Assembly (NCBI GenBank): GCA_036172245.1
Contig: JAYWIR010000009.1
Location: 1,798,001-1,862,000, forward strand
Reading direction: 5' to 3'
Source of the DNA: Raillietiella orientalis
Taxonomy: Eukaryota
Length of the DNA stretch: 64,000 bases
The notes below the pieces were generated by a model that worked only from the letters and a program-made list of their open reading frames with translations, was not told where the DNA came from and did not search any database. Positions 50,400 through 63,419 of the stretch are shown one piece after another. The position numbers and the translations under genes were made by a program. How positions within the stretch are numbered: the first letter of the stretch is position 1; each line of letters starts with the position of its first letter.

Positions 50400-52300
50400 T
50401 GTTTCCCCATGGTAAATTGGGACATCCAACTCTGGATGTTCCAAAAAGAGTCAAAGGAAGTGAACGAATTTCTTAGATCTTCAGAAGAGCAATAGAACAA
50501 AACTGGGGTGGCTTGGCAGCACTGCTGTGAAAATTGTTTCAGCAAGAGCACTACTTTGTACGCACTGCGGACACGCCGATTAGGCTCTATCCTTTTACGA
50601 CAATTGGTCCAGTCGCAGAGTCAAAAGGAGTCAGTCTTCGCAGATGAAACGGAGCCCAGAGAGAGCAGAATTCCGGCATCCTTGCAGTCTCTATACCAAG
50701 CAGCACGGAAAAAAGACTCCATACTCACACCTCTCCCTTCGACTCGCTGCGAACTTCTCTGTGCGCGCCATCAAGCTTTTGTGAGGCCATTCGAAGAGAC
50801 TCAAGGCGGTAAGGAAGAACGAGAGCAGAAAGAATCGAATACTCTCCAAAGGACTCAAAGAAATGGACAGAAATTCTTTGCACAGGGCTCCAAGCAGGTG
50901 TGCAGAGTGTCGAATTTCCGCCCCGACGACCCACGAAGGTCGGCTCAACAAGACGAACCTCGGAGATAAACGGAGGTCGAAAAGCACGTGAGTCGCCCTG
51001 CAGTCATAGAGCTGGAGAATAGCACGAATGGAGATGCGCACCATCTTCAGAGAACTAATGAAAGCGTTGCTCCCTTCATCAGCTGCTGAAGAGGATGTGA
51101 TCTGCTAGGTGATGGCAAAGATCTCCCGCAGCGGAGCGAACTGCTGACAGTGCTCGGACGATATCCTCAAAAGTCCCACTTCGAGAAGACCAGCTACGTA
51201 AACCTGATAATCATGAGCTCGGGCAGATGAAGGGAAGAGAGCCAAAGGGAAAGGATGGCTTCTCCTGTGAAGGAAGTGGGGAACACGTAGTCTTCTGAGG
51301 GCTTTTGTCCATGAGCTGGCACGAACTGTCGCTGATGAAATAAGGTCTCCCTGCGCCCCAATTCTTCGCTGCCGTCTTCTTCCATGAAGACTGGCTCGCG
51401 TATCCAACACACAGAGGAGGTGCTCGCGAGTTCGGCAGCCACTAAGGCATGGAGAGGAAAGGAGGCACGTGGGAATAGTCTGTATTGTATCAGTCTCTGG
51501 TGCGACTTTCGTTGGAGAGATGGCAGCACGGCCTTGGTCTCCGAAGAGCTCAGTAGAGCTCTTTGGGACGCCCATGGCTTGCAAACCAGCGTATCCGCCT
51601 TCTCCTTCCTACTATACGACAAAATGGAAGCGCTCACGCACCGACCACTATCGAGAGAGTCGTTCTCGGAGAACAAACTATTCGGAGCACCCAAGAGGCC
51701 CGGCGGTGCCAGTTCGGCGAACGAATGCTAATATGTCCTGACATAGAACTTCGACCTTCTCTGGGGGACATCATGGTCAAGGGAAGCACGAGATCTTAAA
51801 GAGATTCGGAAGGCAAGGGTGTCGGGGAGGTCTTCGAGGCCCTATAGAGCAAAGTGGAAAACGAGAACAAAAGAAGCGGGGACGGCCTCTGAGTGCTTGA
51901 GTCAGTACCTCTCAGGTCGATCAAGAAGCACGTTAATCGGGGGTCTCTATAAGCGCCTGCTCCGTGCTCCAGAGCAGCATAAAAGCGATGCCGACGTGAC
52001 CTGATCTCGCAGATGCACCGGGTGGACGAGTGGATTCTCTAGACTGCTCGCGAGCGAGAGCTGCTCAATTGCCCTGTTTTCTTCGGCGGCTGGCAGACGT
52101 GACGCCCAATGGGAAGGAGAGAGGGAGGCTCCTGTATCTGCGGCTCGAGATCCCAGTCTGGGTCGCGTGCTCCTGGAGGGAAACGCACAAGGACGGTCCA
52201 TCTCACACTCTGCCTCTATCTACTAGCTTTCATTCTAATCCCTGGGCTGTGTTCGCTCTAGCTGATTGGCGTCGTAGGGGCTTCGAGATTTCCTAAGGGG
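50400..52300 (-). mobile_element. Decayed L1-like RT fragment
   Basis: DYQV...SEHCQQFAPLREIFAI (51105-51215, cf. DYKI..QxxFxPGRxI), LYDCRATHVLFDLRLSPRF (50950-51010), FGEYSILSALVL (~50815-50850). Confidence 0.4.
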
Positions 52301-52699
52301 ACAGGGGATCAGCTTTCAAGAACCTCCATGGCAGCGTCAAGTTTGGAGCAGCCTGGCAGGAAGGCTGCCTGGTCCCGCCCGTCCTGGCAGGCAGGGAGTC
52401 TTAGGGCAACCTGTAATCGCACACGAGAAAAAACTCAAAATCGCGCAAGGATTTGGGGATTTTTCTCAGGGAAGTGCCTCGTTCCCTAAAAATAGAGACT
52501 CAGGGAAGGTCACTCCAACAGCTCCCGCGAGGACTGCCACGGACGACTCGTAAAATCCTCCTGGCCAGTTGGTTCTTCTACAGTGGATGCGCCACTCGAA
52601 CGCCAAGTTCTCTTCCCTCCCTCCTTCTGGTTCTTCCTTGTCTCCTCTTCGTGCCCCTTCTCTTCTAGTTCTTGTCCCCGCTCTCTCTTAGAATCTATT

Positions 52700-55600
52700 G
52701 CGCCAGCATCTCTGGAACGCACTCAACCGGAAGCGAAGCACTCGCTGAGGTCCTTCCGTCTTCCACAGTTCACATCTTCCTGCCTTGACGGTCGGCAGCG
52801 GGCCCGGGGCGGGAGTTTCCCGATCAGCGGTCGCCTCTTGAGAGACTGCAGTCCTCTAGAGGCCCTTACCCACAAGGCGCCAGAGGGGGAACCCTCGCGC
52901 GTTCCCCCCTCTCGTTTCTCTCTCGCTGCCACATGTCCTTCTGGAAAGCCCCATTTCCCAGAATACTGGGAACCCCTCTCTGCGAGAGGGCCTCCCTTTC
53001 CGTTCCTGTGCTCCTGTTCTCGCAGAAGGGTCCAGGAGTGTTTCGAGCAGCGCTCTGAACAGCCCCGCGTGGCCGAAGCTGAGAACGAATGGTTCCCTTC
53101 AAATACCGGACTCTGGTTCCTCCAGGGCAGGTGCGACGCGGTCTGAGCCTTCCTCAGGTTCGAGAGCAGAAGGTCGTCATAGCCAACGACGGGCGGGTAT
53201 CGGAGTGCCGCATCCGGCGGCTGCCGCCGACGACGGCGGCAGCACTCCGGGCACCGTTGCGACCCAAAACGCGACGTCGCCGCCAAGCCGCCCGGACTTG
53301 GCCGGGCCGCTTTTTGCGGCCACTCAGAAGGTGGCGGCTCAGCGGGCGCCCCTCTCCGGCTCGACAATGGGACTGTGGCGCGGGCGGGGAAGAGCTGGTC
53401 CTTTGGCACTCTAGCGATTGCAGGAGGGAGGGGAAGGAACGCCTTCGCTTCCACCTTCCGGCTAGAGGGAGCGTTCCGCTCTTTGGGGAACATCGCTCGA
53501 AAGCACCTCCCACTGCTGCAAGACCACGGTGCCGGGACGCTCCCTTCCCTGGTCCATTGTGTCGTGGGCTTCTCTTCATGCTGCTCCACGATGCAAAAGC
53601 AGAACCTCTGCGGACAAGCCTGCACCCCAGAGCGAGAGGAGCGTAGATTTTGCAGGCGAATTGCCAGAGACCTCGGATCCGACTCCTCCGCGACCCCATA
53701 CCTCGTGTTGGTAGGAAATGGAGATATGGCCTTCCCGATATTTGCAAACTGCAGCTCCGCTGAAGAAAGCGGCCAGTTGTCTTCATGGATCCAAAATGGC
53801 CGTGGTGAACACTAGCGCTTCCAAGGGTCGCTCCCGAGTCACCCGAAAACATGGCGTGTCCACTTCCTCCTGAAAATGAGCTGGTGCAGGCCTTCCGGTG
53901 TCCCCAGACCAAGAAGAAGGGAGAGGAAGATTTCGTCGTGCACTCCTTCCTATCCTCCTCCCTTGGTGGTTGCTTTCTGTCTGACCCGCCTGAGAAGTCA
54001 TCACTGCAGGTGGTGAGAGGTTCTCCGTCCGTGAAGCTGAGGAGGTCTGCCTTGCAGCCCGACAAGCGGTGGGGTGGGAATGGTTTATTTGAATTACAAC
54101 TTACATCACGGAATGGACCCACCCCCGTACTGAGCTTCCTTCTCGCGGCGGGCGCACTGTTGCTGGCCCCGGATCACGCTGCTGTGTCGGGTGGTGCTCC
54201 GCACTTGACCTTGCACCTTTTTGCAAGAGTAACGACAGGTCCAGGCTGGAACTCTTACGCAGCTGCGGGTGCCCGTTTCTTTTCTCAGCAGTCCTGTGGG
54301 CATCTCCGCGACTGCCACGATCCTCCCCCTCCGGAATTTCAACCTTCTCGCCGACAAGAAGACCGAAACTGTGGCCAGGCTTGTGATGGACGTCCGTGAT
54401 AAGGCGATGGCAACGCAGGCAGTGGACTTGTACAAGGGTATAGGACCACTCCCCATGTCGAACTGGGGGAGTTCCGTCCTGAAAGTCCATCACGTGCCTA
54501 AGCACCTTCCGTACCTTGATCGGCGTTCCAAAGGCGAGCATGTGGGGTCGGAATTGCCCGCACGCCTCGAAGAACTCATCCCAGGCCGTGCCACGGCCAC
54601 GCAGCTTCCTTTTCCTAATTCGACTGCAGGCGGGAGGAATTCATTGGACCAAGCAAAAACAAAAACAGCACAGCTCATTCGTAACAGAACAGAACAGTCC
54701 CCGTCGTTCGATGTTTCTACACAGCTCGCGAACTTTCGCCCTCAGCAAGGCTCTGGACTTCAGGGACGGACACCGTCCTGTAGTCGCTACCAAAGAACAG
54801 ACGGAAAAGCACCCTTCGCAGCATCCAGCCTGTAGACAGTTTCTCCGAGAGCCGTGGGCAGAAAGATGCTCAAGTTGGCGCCTTTCGGAGGAATAGAGGC
54901 CGTCTCACCCGCTCGAGCACACACGCAACTTCTCTGGTCGAAAAGTTCGAAAGAGCCCATACCGCAAAGGATAGGATAACGCTGGGTGAACGCCATCTCT
55001 CAGCAGGCGTCCACGGTAGTAGGAAACACGCGTTTCAGAGAGAAGGTGGACAATCCAAGGACGAGCGTGAGCGTTGGTGCTTTCACGCGGTCTAGCGGGT
55101 GGAACAGGGACGCGTGGCGGCGACCACGAGAACGCGACAAAAAGCCCCCGTGAGGGGTCGCAGGTTCCCTTGACGAGTGCGCGAACACCCTTCTTCCTCC
55201 AGCTGTCTCCACTGCTCGCAGTGGAGACAGTGGGGCACACCCTCTGTCGGTGGGGCACACCCTCTGTCGGTGGCCTACACCTGTGGCACTGCGAGTAGTG
55301 CCGTTTCCTCCCGGAAGATGACTCGACCAACTGCTGCCGTACTGCTGAGCCAATCAGCAAATGCAGAGAGCGTCCGCTTGCAGCGCTTATGCGGGATGCG
55401 GCGGCCTACGTGGCTCGCTGCGGCGCGCTCAGGGAGGAACGGCGCCATCGTGTTCTTTTTTCGTGCCACTTTGAGAAGGGGTCTCGCCGGGAAGGGTGAT
55501 CTGGTCGAATTCTTCTTCGTTTCGTTTCGCGGTGGGATATTCACCCCGTTTTTCCTCTCCCGGTTCACCTGATGCGACCGAGAGAAATGCTTTCCAGCCG

Positions 55601-57500
55601 TCTTCCTCTTCCTGCTGCTGCTCCTACCCTTCCTCTATCTTCCGCGATCTCCTCTCAGCAGTCGGACGCTGCATGTGTGTCTTCCACGGTCGGGCGCCGG
55701 CCACTCCCGCTGCCACCTCCTCCAGCTTCCCTGCTCCGCCCTTCGTTTCGGGCGTGCCCTTAAGCCCTTCGCTCCTCGTCCATGTGTCCAAACCAGGGGG
55801 CACCTTCCTCGCGCGCAAGGCACAAAGAAGCAGCGGGCGTGAGAGAGGATGACGTGTGGACCAGGGTGGGTGGTGGTTCACGGGTGTGGTGGGAGTTCTC
55901 GCAGCCCACCTCGTGCGCGGGAGAGAAGCAAGAAAAGAGAGTCGCTGACTGCACCAGGGCGGATGAAGACGAGAGGAAATGGAAACTCCTCCAGGTAGAC
56001 TCGATCGGAACTCCATCGCAACAGGGACGGAAGGGAGAAAAGGGGAGATGTCCTCCGCCCCCGAAGGAAGCGGTTTCCGGCCCTCGAGCTACAGGAGATG
56101 CTGACCAAGAAGACGGATAAATGGGTCCAGTTGGCCGACGACGAGTACAGGTCCCAGATAGAAGGAAAGGAAGCCGCCCCTCGATCCTCCCGTTTGGACA
56201 AAAGGGGAGCGCCGGGCAGAAGCGCCTCTCCACGGACGTGGAAGTGGCGCTGCCCCTGCGGAAGCCGCTCGAGTTGAGACGGGAGAAAAGACCGGTCGAC
56301 CAGTTCGGTGGGAGGGCGGAAGGGCATGGGCCACCATCCTCTTCCCATCCCGGTTCCCTGCGCCGCCGCACCGGGAAGTGGCGAGCTGTGGGTCCGAGCC
56401 TCCCTCCCGGAAGGACCGTTCTCTGGAACTTCCGAGTTCCCCGGGGGGCACGCAGCTATAGGACATCCCTACCCTCCCGGCTGCCTGGCCTAGGATGCAG
56501 CCGGCAGTCCCTTCTGCGAACAGGGGTTGGTCTCCGTCTCGTGCCCTCACTCTGCCGTGCCGCCCCGCGAAGTGGCGCAACGGTGACCACCACGCTGGTC
56601 CCCTTTCCTGAGGGCGACCACTTCCGACAACCGTCCACCCCCTCCGGGAATGTTCGCGGTAGGTCGCGCGTTTCCCTACTCGACCAGGAAAACTGCTGCA
56701 GCGCCGTTTCTTAGACCGCCTGAGGAGTTCTCCCTCCAGCTTCATCCTCGTGTGACCCGTGTGTGGGTCCATCATTTGACCTCTTCCGAGCAACTGACTC
56801 CTCCGCTGAATGGCAGCGGACGCTCCTCTTGCCCCACCTCCTTCTGCCGCCGAGCACATGACGGCCCCCTTGTGCCGCGTGGCCCGGGCCACCTCTCGTC
56901 GTGGCTCCCCCATTCCGCTCTACCCGCCTTTTCCGGAGGTGCTTCCTCTCCGTCCTCTTGCATCCATCCCTTCCTGTCGCTCCTCTTCCTAGGGGTCGCG
57001 GTTCGTCGTCCCGAAAGCAACCGAGGCCGCGGGTGCTGCGCGAGCGAGGTGCAACCTCCGGGTCGTTTGGAAACTCCCGGGAGCGCCTTCGATGCGAGTC
57101 GACCCCACCTCCCAGCCCATGCCCAGCCTCTGCAGGGACCCCAGAATTACCACTCCAGAAAGAGCACGAGTAATCCTCAGCATTCACGACGAATCGAACA
57201 ACATCCCCCGATCCTTTTCCTCGCTGAAAGCATCCACCACCGCCACATCAGGGACCACCACAGATGGAGCGATGGCAGAGAGCTTCATCCGCGACGTTCC
57301 CGTTCGCATCACTTGGCAACGCTTCCCCACCTTCGCCGCTGAGCAGCGGCAACGTCGCAACGGGATCGAACGCGTAGGCATGGCGGCCGGCTGTACGGAA
57401 GCTCGGGAAGTCCACCACTCCAGCCCACTGATGCTGGCAAAGTCGCGTGCTCGTGGGTAGGTTCCGGTGCATCTGCTTGTAGGGTCAGCGCGTGTTTGCT
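52700..57500 (-). mobile_element. Decayed, possibly near full-length L1/Tx1-like element (ORF1-like + ORF2)
   Basis: MGPFRD (54105-54122) matches MGPFRDG in the 61608-62033 frame; VVLQQWEVL..VP and CRAGEGRPLSRHLL (53320-53530) match the family zinc-finger region. GWTVVG (~56620-56640) and a degenerate knuckle (RATRHKGAVMC) are weak ORF1 hints. Confidence 0.45.
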
Positions 57501-58949
57501 CATCTCATCCCACTCCCCGATTCCCGATGCGCTCGGATACGTAATTTGCATGCACGTGAATGCACAGAGCCAGCCACCCCTCTCTCCCCAGGCGCAGGAA
57601 TTGGCGGCTGAAATCAGCTCGACGGCTCCGCCTGGAGTGCACGTCACATTCGATAATTCTTCCATTTTCTCATCCAGTTAGATGATCTGGACCGGGTTGA
57701 AGCGCGTAAGGTCCAGGTCCAGGTGGAAAGTCCTCTTTCAAGAGGCGCAGCGAGTCGGAAATCTTTTTTTCCCGTACTTGCGTGTGCTACAAGCACCTTG
57801 AAGCGGATACATAGTAGCGGGTAAACCGTATCCCTGGCGACGTATCCTCTCTCATCCCCTTGGCAACAAAACAAACTAACGTGCCTGCTCGAGACTGCCA
57901 TAATGCATTCACGTCAAACACAAGAAGTCTCATTAAACCTACGGATACGTACTCACGAATGGCGGCGAAGTAATGGGTTCCGACGTGATTACACGGGACG
58001 CGTGCTCCTGGCGGGAACCGGCGACGCTTTCGCCTCGCGGGCTGCAAGGCCGAAAGGCCTCCTCCCCCACGCGACGCGGGAAAGCTGGAGGCGTGTCCCG
58101 AGCTCGGGAGCGAATCCCCCCCCCCCCCTGAAGTGCAGCTCTCGATCCCGCACTCGAGAATCCCAAAACGCGGGGTGCAAATCGCAGGGATCACAGCGAC
58201 ACGCTTCGCCAGGGTGCGCTGGCACGCACCGGAGCACGCCTCGACCCCCGTCGAGGAGGCAAACGCCCGATTTTTCACAGGGATGCTGCTGCACCCGGGA
58301 TCTCCCCGCTTCCGCGCCTCGGATCGTCGAGGCACCGCCGTGATTAATGAGCTCGCGATTTATTTTCGACACCAACTTTCAAAGTGTGTCCTCGTCGTCT
58401 GCCAGCGATCGCCAAATTGCAGTTGCGTGTCAAAGAAGTGTGACAAATTCTTCGTCACGTGCGAACAACACCGGCGAAGACGGTTCCGCGCGGCAACCGC
58501 AAATCCGTCCGTGGCTCGCGGGGTGAGCATTCGTTCCCCGTTTCCGCCTCCCGTGCTTCGACCACAGCAAGCTTCAGGTTCGCAAATGGCTCGAGGGCCC
58601 CCCTTTGCGCGAATTGACCATGGAGGCGTGGTTTGCTCGCGTGTCGATCTTTCGGGCGCCCCGGTTCGCGAGGAACTCGCCACCGGTTCTCCGCACCGGT
58701 TTTCCACGCGGGCACGTTCATTAGAAGGAAATTGCAAGAGAAGAAGAAGGAGATGCTCGTCCTCGGTACGCGTTTTCCGCTTTAATTGGGATTCCCGCTG
58801 CAGGAAGCCACACTTTCAATCTTAAGGGGGAAGCGAAAGAGAAAACTCATTTTTCGAGATCTAATGATGGACCCGCGCTCTAATGAGTGTTTCCAAACTC
58901 GTACCCTGCTCTACTTCTCTTTGCTCGAATCATCTTCGTTCTGAGAGGA

Positions 58950-59800
58950 TTGGGGAAGGAAGGGGGCGGGGGGAGGGGGTGATCCTGAGTCGATGCGAAC
59001 GTAGCAGGGAAGTGTGCAAAGGACCGGTCGTGTACAGGGGAATCCGTACGTAGGAGTCTCCAGCGCCGTCTGCAGCTTGCCCGAGCCGCCCTTGCAAAAA
59101 AGCGGTGGCCCTCACGGCCAGTAGCGGCTTTCGATCATCCGCAAAGACTACCTGCCAGATGCTGCGCGAATCCTTCACTCTTCGATCACACGAGAATGCG
59201 CTGAAAAATGAGCGATTGTCCTGGAAACTGAGAAGCAACCAGGTGAGAGCGGCGCGCTCTCCCCGGCGGTATCCAATTGCACACCCTTTGTAGCTACGGC
59301 GGGTCTCGCCCGTTCTCGTTCGGTTATTATGGCATCCCCGGAGTCGTGGCTTTCTTGGCTCCGCGGTCCAAGCCAGGATGCTCAAGAACATCCCCGAGCA
59401 AAAAAAAAAAAAAAAAGAGCGAAAGGAGAGAGGGAGGGCGGCTCCCGACCGGAAAGAGCTGCAGAGAAGGACGGCCACCTGCGTCCGGTCACTTTCGTTA
59501 TTCCGTCGCTTTCCCTGGCTCGGGCAGGCCGCCATGTTCGGGTCCGGACGTGCGTCGCACTCGCGTTGAAAGGGCATGCAAGAGCCCTCGCAAGCGGAGG
59601 CCAGATGTTGGGTCGCATCCCGCTAAGGCCGGGGGGATCCGCGGTGGAGGGAAGGGGGTATGGAAGAGCGAGCTGCCATCGCACCTCCTTTCGCTGCACG
59701 TCTCCATCAACTCAACGTCCGTGCGCGGTTGCCAAGCCAAGCCGCCTTCCCGGAAAAACGCTGCGACTAGGTCCTTCCTCCTTCCCGGGTACAGCACGGA
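58950..59800 (-). mobile_element. Decayed CR1/L2/Jockey-group LINE reverse transcriptase fragment
   Basis: LACPFNASATH (cf. KAFDxVxH), IGYRRGE..LTWLLLSFQD (cf. GVPQGS..PLLFLIYIND), VVFADDRKPL (59122-59151), LQGRLGQAADGA (cf. LQxDLxxLxxWA). Confidence 0.6.
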
Positions 59801-60274
59801 CACCTTCCCAGGAAAGCCAGTGCCTTCGAAGGGAATACTGGAGGGGATCTAGGGCATATCTCCACGTCCGTTGACGTAGCTACTCTTGCGGTAGCCTTCC
59901 TGGGCTCAAGTTATCTGACGTCCTTCCTCCCTTCCCTCCTCCCTTGACAAGTAGCAAACAGACGGGATATCCCGACTCCACCGAATCCTGTCCCCACCGA
60001 GTTATTCCTGTAAAGAAAGAGGGGGAGGAAGTGCCTACCCTTCTTCCCCCTCTTTCTCGGAACGCAGCTCTCCCAGAACGCAGCGAGGACAGCACTCTCT
60101 TGATGGGCCCGGCATGCACGATGGAGGGGGAGAAGGGGGGAGGTTGTTGCTAACGTCGCCGTGGATCCGCGAAACCTCCGTCAGCATCTGCGCGCCTCTA
60201 CTACTGCTGCTGGTTCCGTCCTTCGATGGTGCGTGAGGTTTCCCGCTCTTCCCGGATTTCCTTTCTTTCCCCCC

Positions 60275-63200
60275 AGTTTTTCACCCGGATTTGGCGGGGC
60301 ATTTATCATTAAAATCTTAACAGAGTAAAATTTCAGAATAAAGTCTTTATGCTCATTGAGGCAGATCACGTGGTTCCTGCTGTCTTGCAGCACCTGTGCC
60401 TAGCGACCCGCAGGCCGCTGAGGTCCTCTTCGCTGGCGAAGGGGGAGGGGAAGAATACAAGAAAAAAAAAATACGAAGGGAGGGCAATATTTTACCGGGA
60501 GGGGATGGGATCACAGATCGCCGGAAGGGGTCCTCTGCATCCGACTTCGGATGCGGGCAAGTGCAGGTCGCAATGTCCTTAGCCATCGCCATCGGGAAGC
60601 CTTCTCCATGCAGATGGCTGCCCCATGAAGGACATTCCGACTGCTGCGACCTCTCCTAGATGCAGTCCATTTGTTCAGGATTCCGCGTATTCAGCGGAGA
60701 ACTGCTCCAAGCGGCTGCTGCGAGAGCGTCCCGCGTCAGGAGGCGACGGAAAATGATCTTTGAGTTACCCACCGGAATGTTCAGAATCGACGACAGTCGA
60801 CTACACGTGGGTCGGAAGGCGACACACTCGATGATTAGGTGCGCAAAGGTTTCCCGGTCCTCGCACCCGGCACAATTGGCATCTACACTCCCATGGGTCC
60901 AGTGGGAGAGGCGTGCTCTGCAAAGGAGTCCCCAATGCAACACAAGCAGCGTCGTCTCCCGCCAATCCAAGGGGAGGGTGCCATTGTTCCAATGCTCTGG
61001 GGGTCACCTCACCTCCCCCGGAGGTATGCTTAGGAGCTCACCCCAGCGCACAAGTCCCTTAGGCAGGACACTCGGGGTTACAGCGTCCGCTAGTTCTCGA
61101 GATGTCTACGCCTTCGAGAGTTCTTTCGAGACTTCAGTAATGCACGACACTTCCCACGATGCCTCCTGATGGCTGTCCCTAGCGTTCTTGAGTAAGGGCA
61201 GCACTGGGGCCACGGGGTGAATGAAGCTCACAGAAGTTTCCGTGGGTTGGAAACGATCTGCCCCTGGGGCTGTCCAGCGTACCTGCTTCTACGGAGGCCG
61301 GAGTAGTCCAGATCGCTGGAGCCGTTGATCTTAGGCCACGCAGAAACTGACTCCAGAAGCCAGGTTGTCGAGTTCGCAGGGAGGCAGGAGATCCACGTGT
61401 TTTCTCTCACCAGGGCAACCAAGTCGCGCAGCTGAAAACCACAATGGTTCAGGCTGTGGTCGTTAGCCACAAGGATCGAGGCCGATCCGTTGCAGCCGAT
61501 TGCCCTATTGGCGAGGAGGCGTGTTGGGGTGAGCCATGGCGCTGTCCAGTATGTCGTCACAAGGGCGAGTTTTCTTATATGGAGTTGGCACTCCATGAGC
61601 TCCAACGTCAGGAGGCCTTCGTCCACTGTCCCTGCGTGGAGAGCACAGGTCTTTGAGACGGACGCGGGACCTCCTTGAGCCCCACAGGGCTTTCTTCAGG
61701 AGGCCCTTTGTCCTCTTTTTCATTTGGGATGGGGCGGGACAAACAAAAAGTAGGGGGAGAAGGAGGGGGGCCACGAAAGCGTTCCACATGTTCCTGCAAG
61801 TAAAACTTGCCGTCCCGGAACGGGCCCATCGCCAACTCCATCTTTTGGAGACGATCGGACCAGGGTGCTTCTGCGGCGCAGAAGTCCCCCAACGGAACGC
61901 CAGGGTACTTAAAGTACCCGCCCGTGAGGATCCCCAAGCGGATCCAGTCCGGCCGTCCTGCCCGCGACGCATCTGTAGATGGAATAGACGACTTCGCCCT
62001 GTTCACCCCCAGGTCCGTCCCACGGCTGGGCAACTCGAAGAAATCCTCGAGAGCGGAAGGGACGTGGGTGGAACTGGGGCCGCAGCAGCAGAAGATCGTC
62101 TGCGCAGACCGACACGGCGGGAGTGGCGGGACACGAGCTCGGCAGGGCTGCCAGAGCCTCCCTGCATGCTCTCAGCACCAATTCAAAATGAATGCTGAAG
62201 AGCAGGGGCTGAGGCTGTCCTCCGGCCTCATGCCACGCCGAAGCGGCACGCCGTGCACGTGCCGGCCGCTGAAATTGATATTAGTAAACGCGAAGCGCCA
62301 GCAGGAGCGCAGATAGGCCAGGAAGACTGTCGGAAATCCCATGCGTTCGAGGAGCTCCGGAAGGATTTCCTGGTCGACTCAGTCGGAAGCTTTGCGCAAA
62401 TCGACTGCGACTGCGTGGTCGACCTCTTCTCCCCCTTGGCCTTCCCCCACCCCCCGGTCAGAGGAGAATGCAGGGTTCTCATGACGCAGCTGCACCTCGC
62501 GTCCTTCCCCAGTTCCAAAGCCGCGCTTTCGGCTTTTGCATCCCCCCCTTCCTCCTCCTCCCCTAGCGAGTTTTAAAAATGGCATCACTTCCTGGATTTT
62601 GCCGTGGCAGATTACAGGGGACACTGGAGATTCGATTTCGCGGTCCGACGTCAGCTGTGTGACTGCATGGAAACGGCTCCATCCATCAGGGTGGGAACAT
62701 CTCCGTCTTCCGGGGGCGGGAAGGAAGAGGGGGATGCGAGGGCGCGCCGAATGCCTCTGGCCCACGTGCCAATTGTTCACGAATCAGCGGATGGGGTAAC
62801 GAGATCAACAGAGGAGCATGGGGCCAGCTTCCTGTATCCTGCGAGGCAGGATTCTCCATCTGGGGGGGGGGGGGGAAGGATCTCCGACGATCGCGCGCCT
62901 CCCCAGCGGAACAGAGAGCTCGAGTGCTTCCGTTTCGAGAGCGACGCAAAAGACTGCACGCCCGTCTTCCTGGAGCAGCTTCAACTTCTTCCGTTGCCTG
63001 CTCGCAGACGAACACGGGGAAGTTCCAGAAGAGAAACCGCGTTGCCGCGAGGCGTTCCCGTTACTTTGCAGGAGCGCAGATCGTCTGACGTTCCCTCTTC
63101 TCACGTGTCTTCCAACGGATCGACCGATTCCGTGGGGCCTTAATGGAAGGATCGCTCCCGAACGAAGAGATGCTGTGGGGACCCCACGTCTCGATTCCGA

Positions 63201-63400
63201 GAGCTCTCCCGACCCCTCTCCTCCCGTCGCCGCTTCGGAGCCTTGAAACTCGCTCAGCGAAGGGTGTCCCTTGCGTGTCGCGGACGGCGAACACGTGGGT
63301 TGCACAGCCGTTTCGTCATCCAGTAGGGAAGAGAAGGGATGCCTTCGGATGCTCCTCCGGTGCGCCCGAGCCGGGAACACCGCCCTGCGAGCGCAACACG
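60275..63400 (-). mobile_element. Decayed L1/Tx1-like non-LTR retrotransposon (RT + C-terminal CCHC zinc finger + 3' UTR)
   Basis: Motifs in correct order on the minus strand across frameshifts: PPPDG (~62860), AVDLRKASD..DQEIL.ELLERMGFP (~62330-62410), RGMRPEDSLSP (~62210-62240), VSVCADDLLLL (~62085-62115), LGVNRAKS, FKYPGVPL (~61900), CAGCEDRETFAHLIIEC (60823-60874). Confidence 0.85.
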
Positions 63401-63419
63401 GAGGTGCGAAAGCACCCGC

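Noticed and set aside
41536..55285. Short direct repeats as a CRISPR-like array
   Set aside because: Only 2-3 adjacent units without unique spacers, no cas genes, eukaryotic context.
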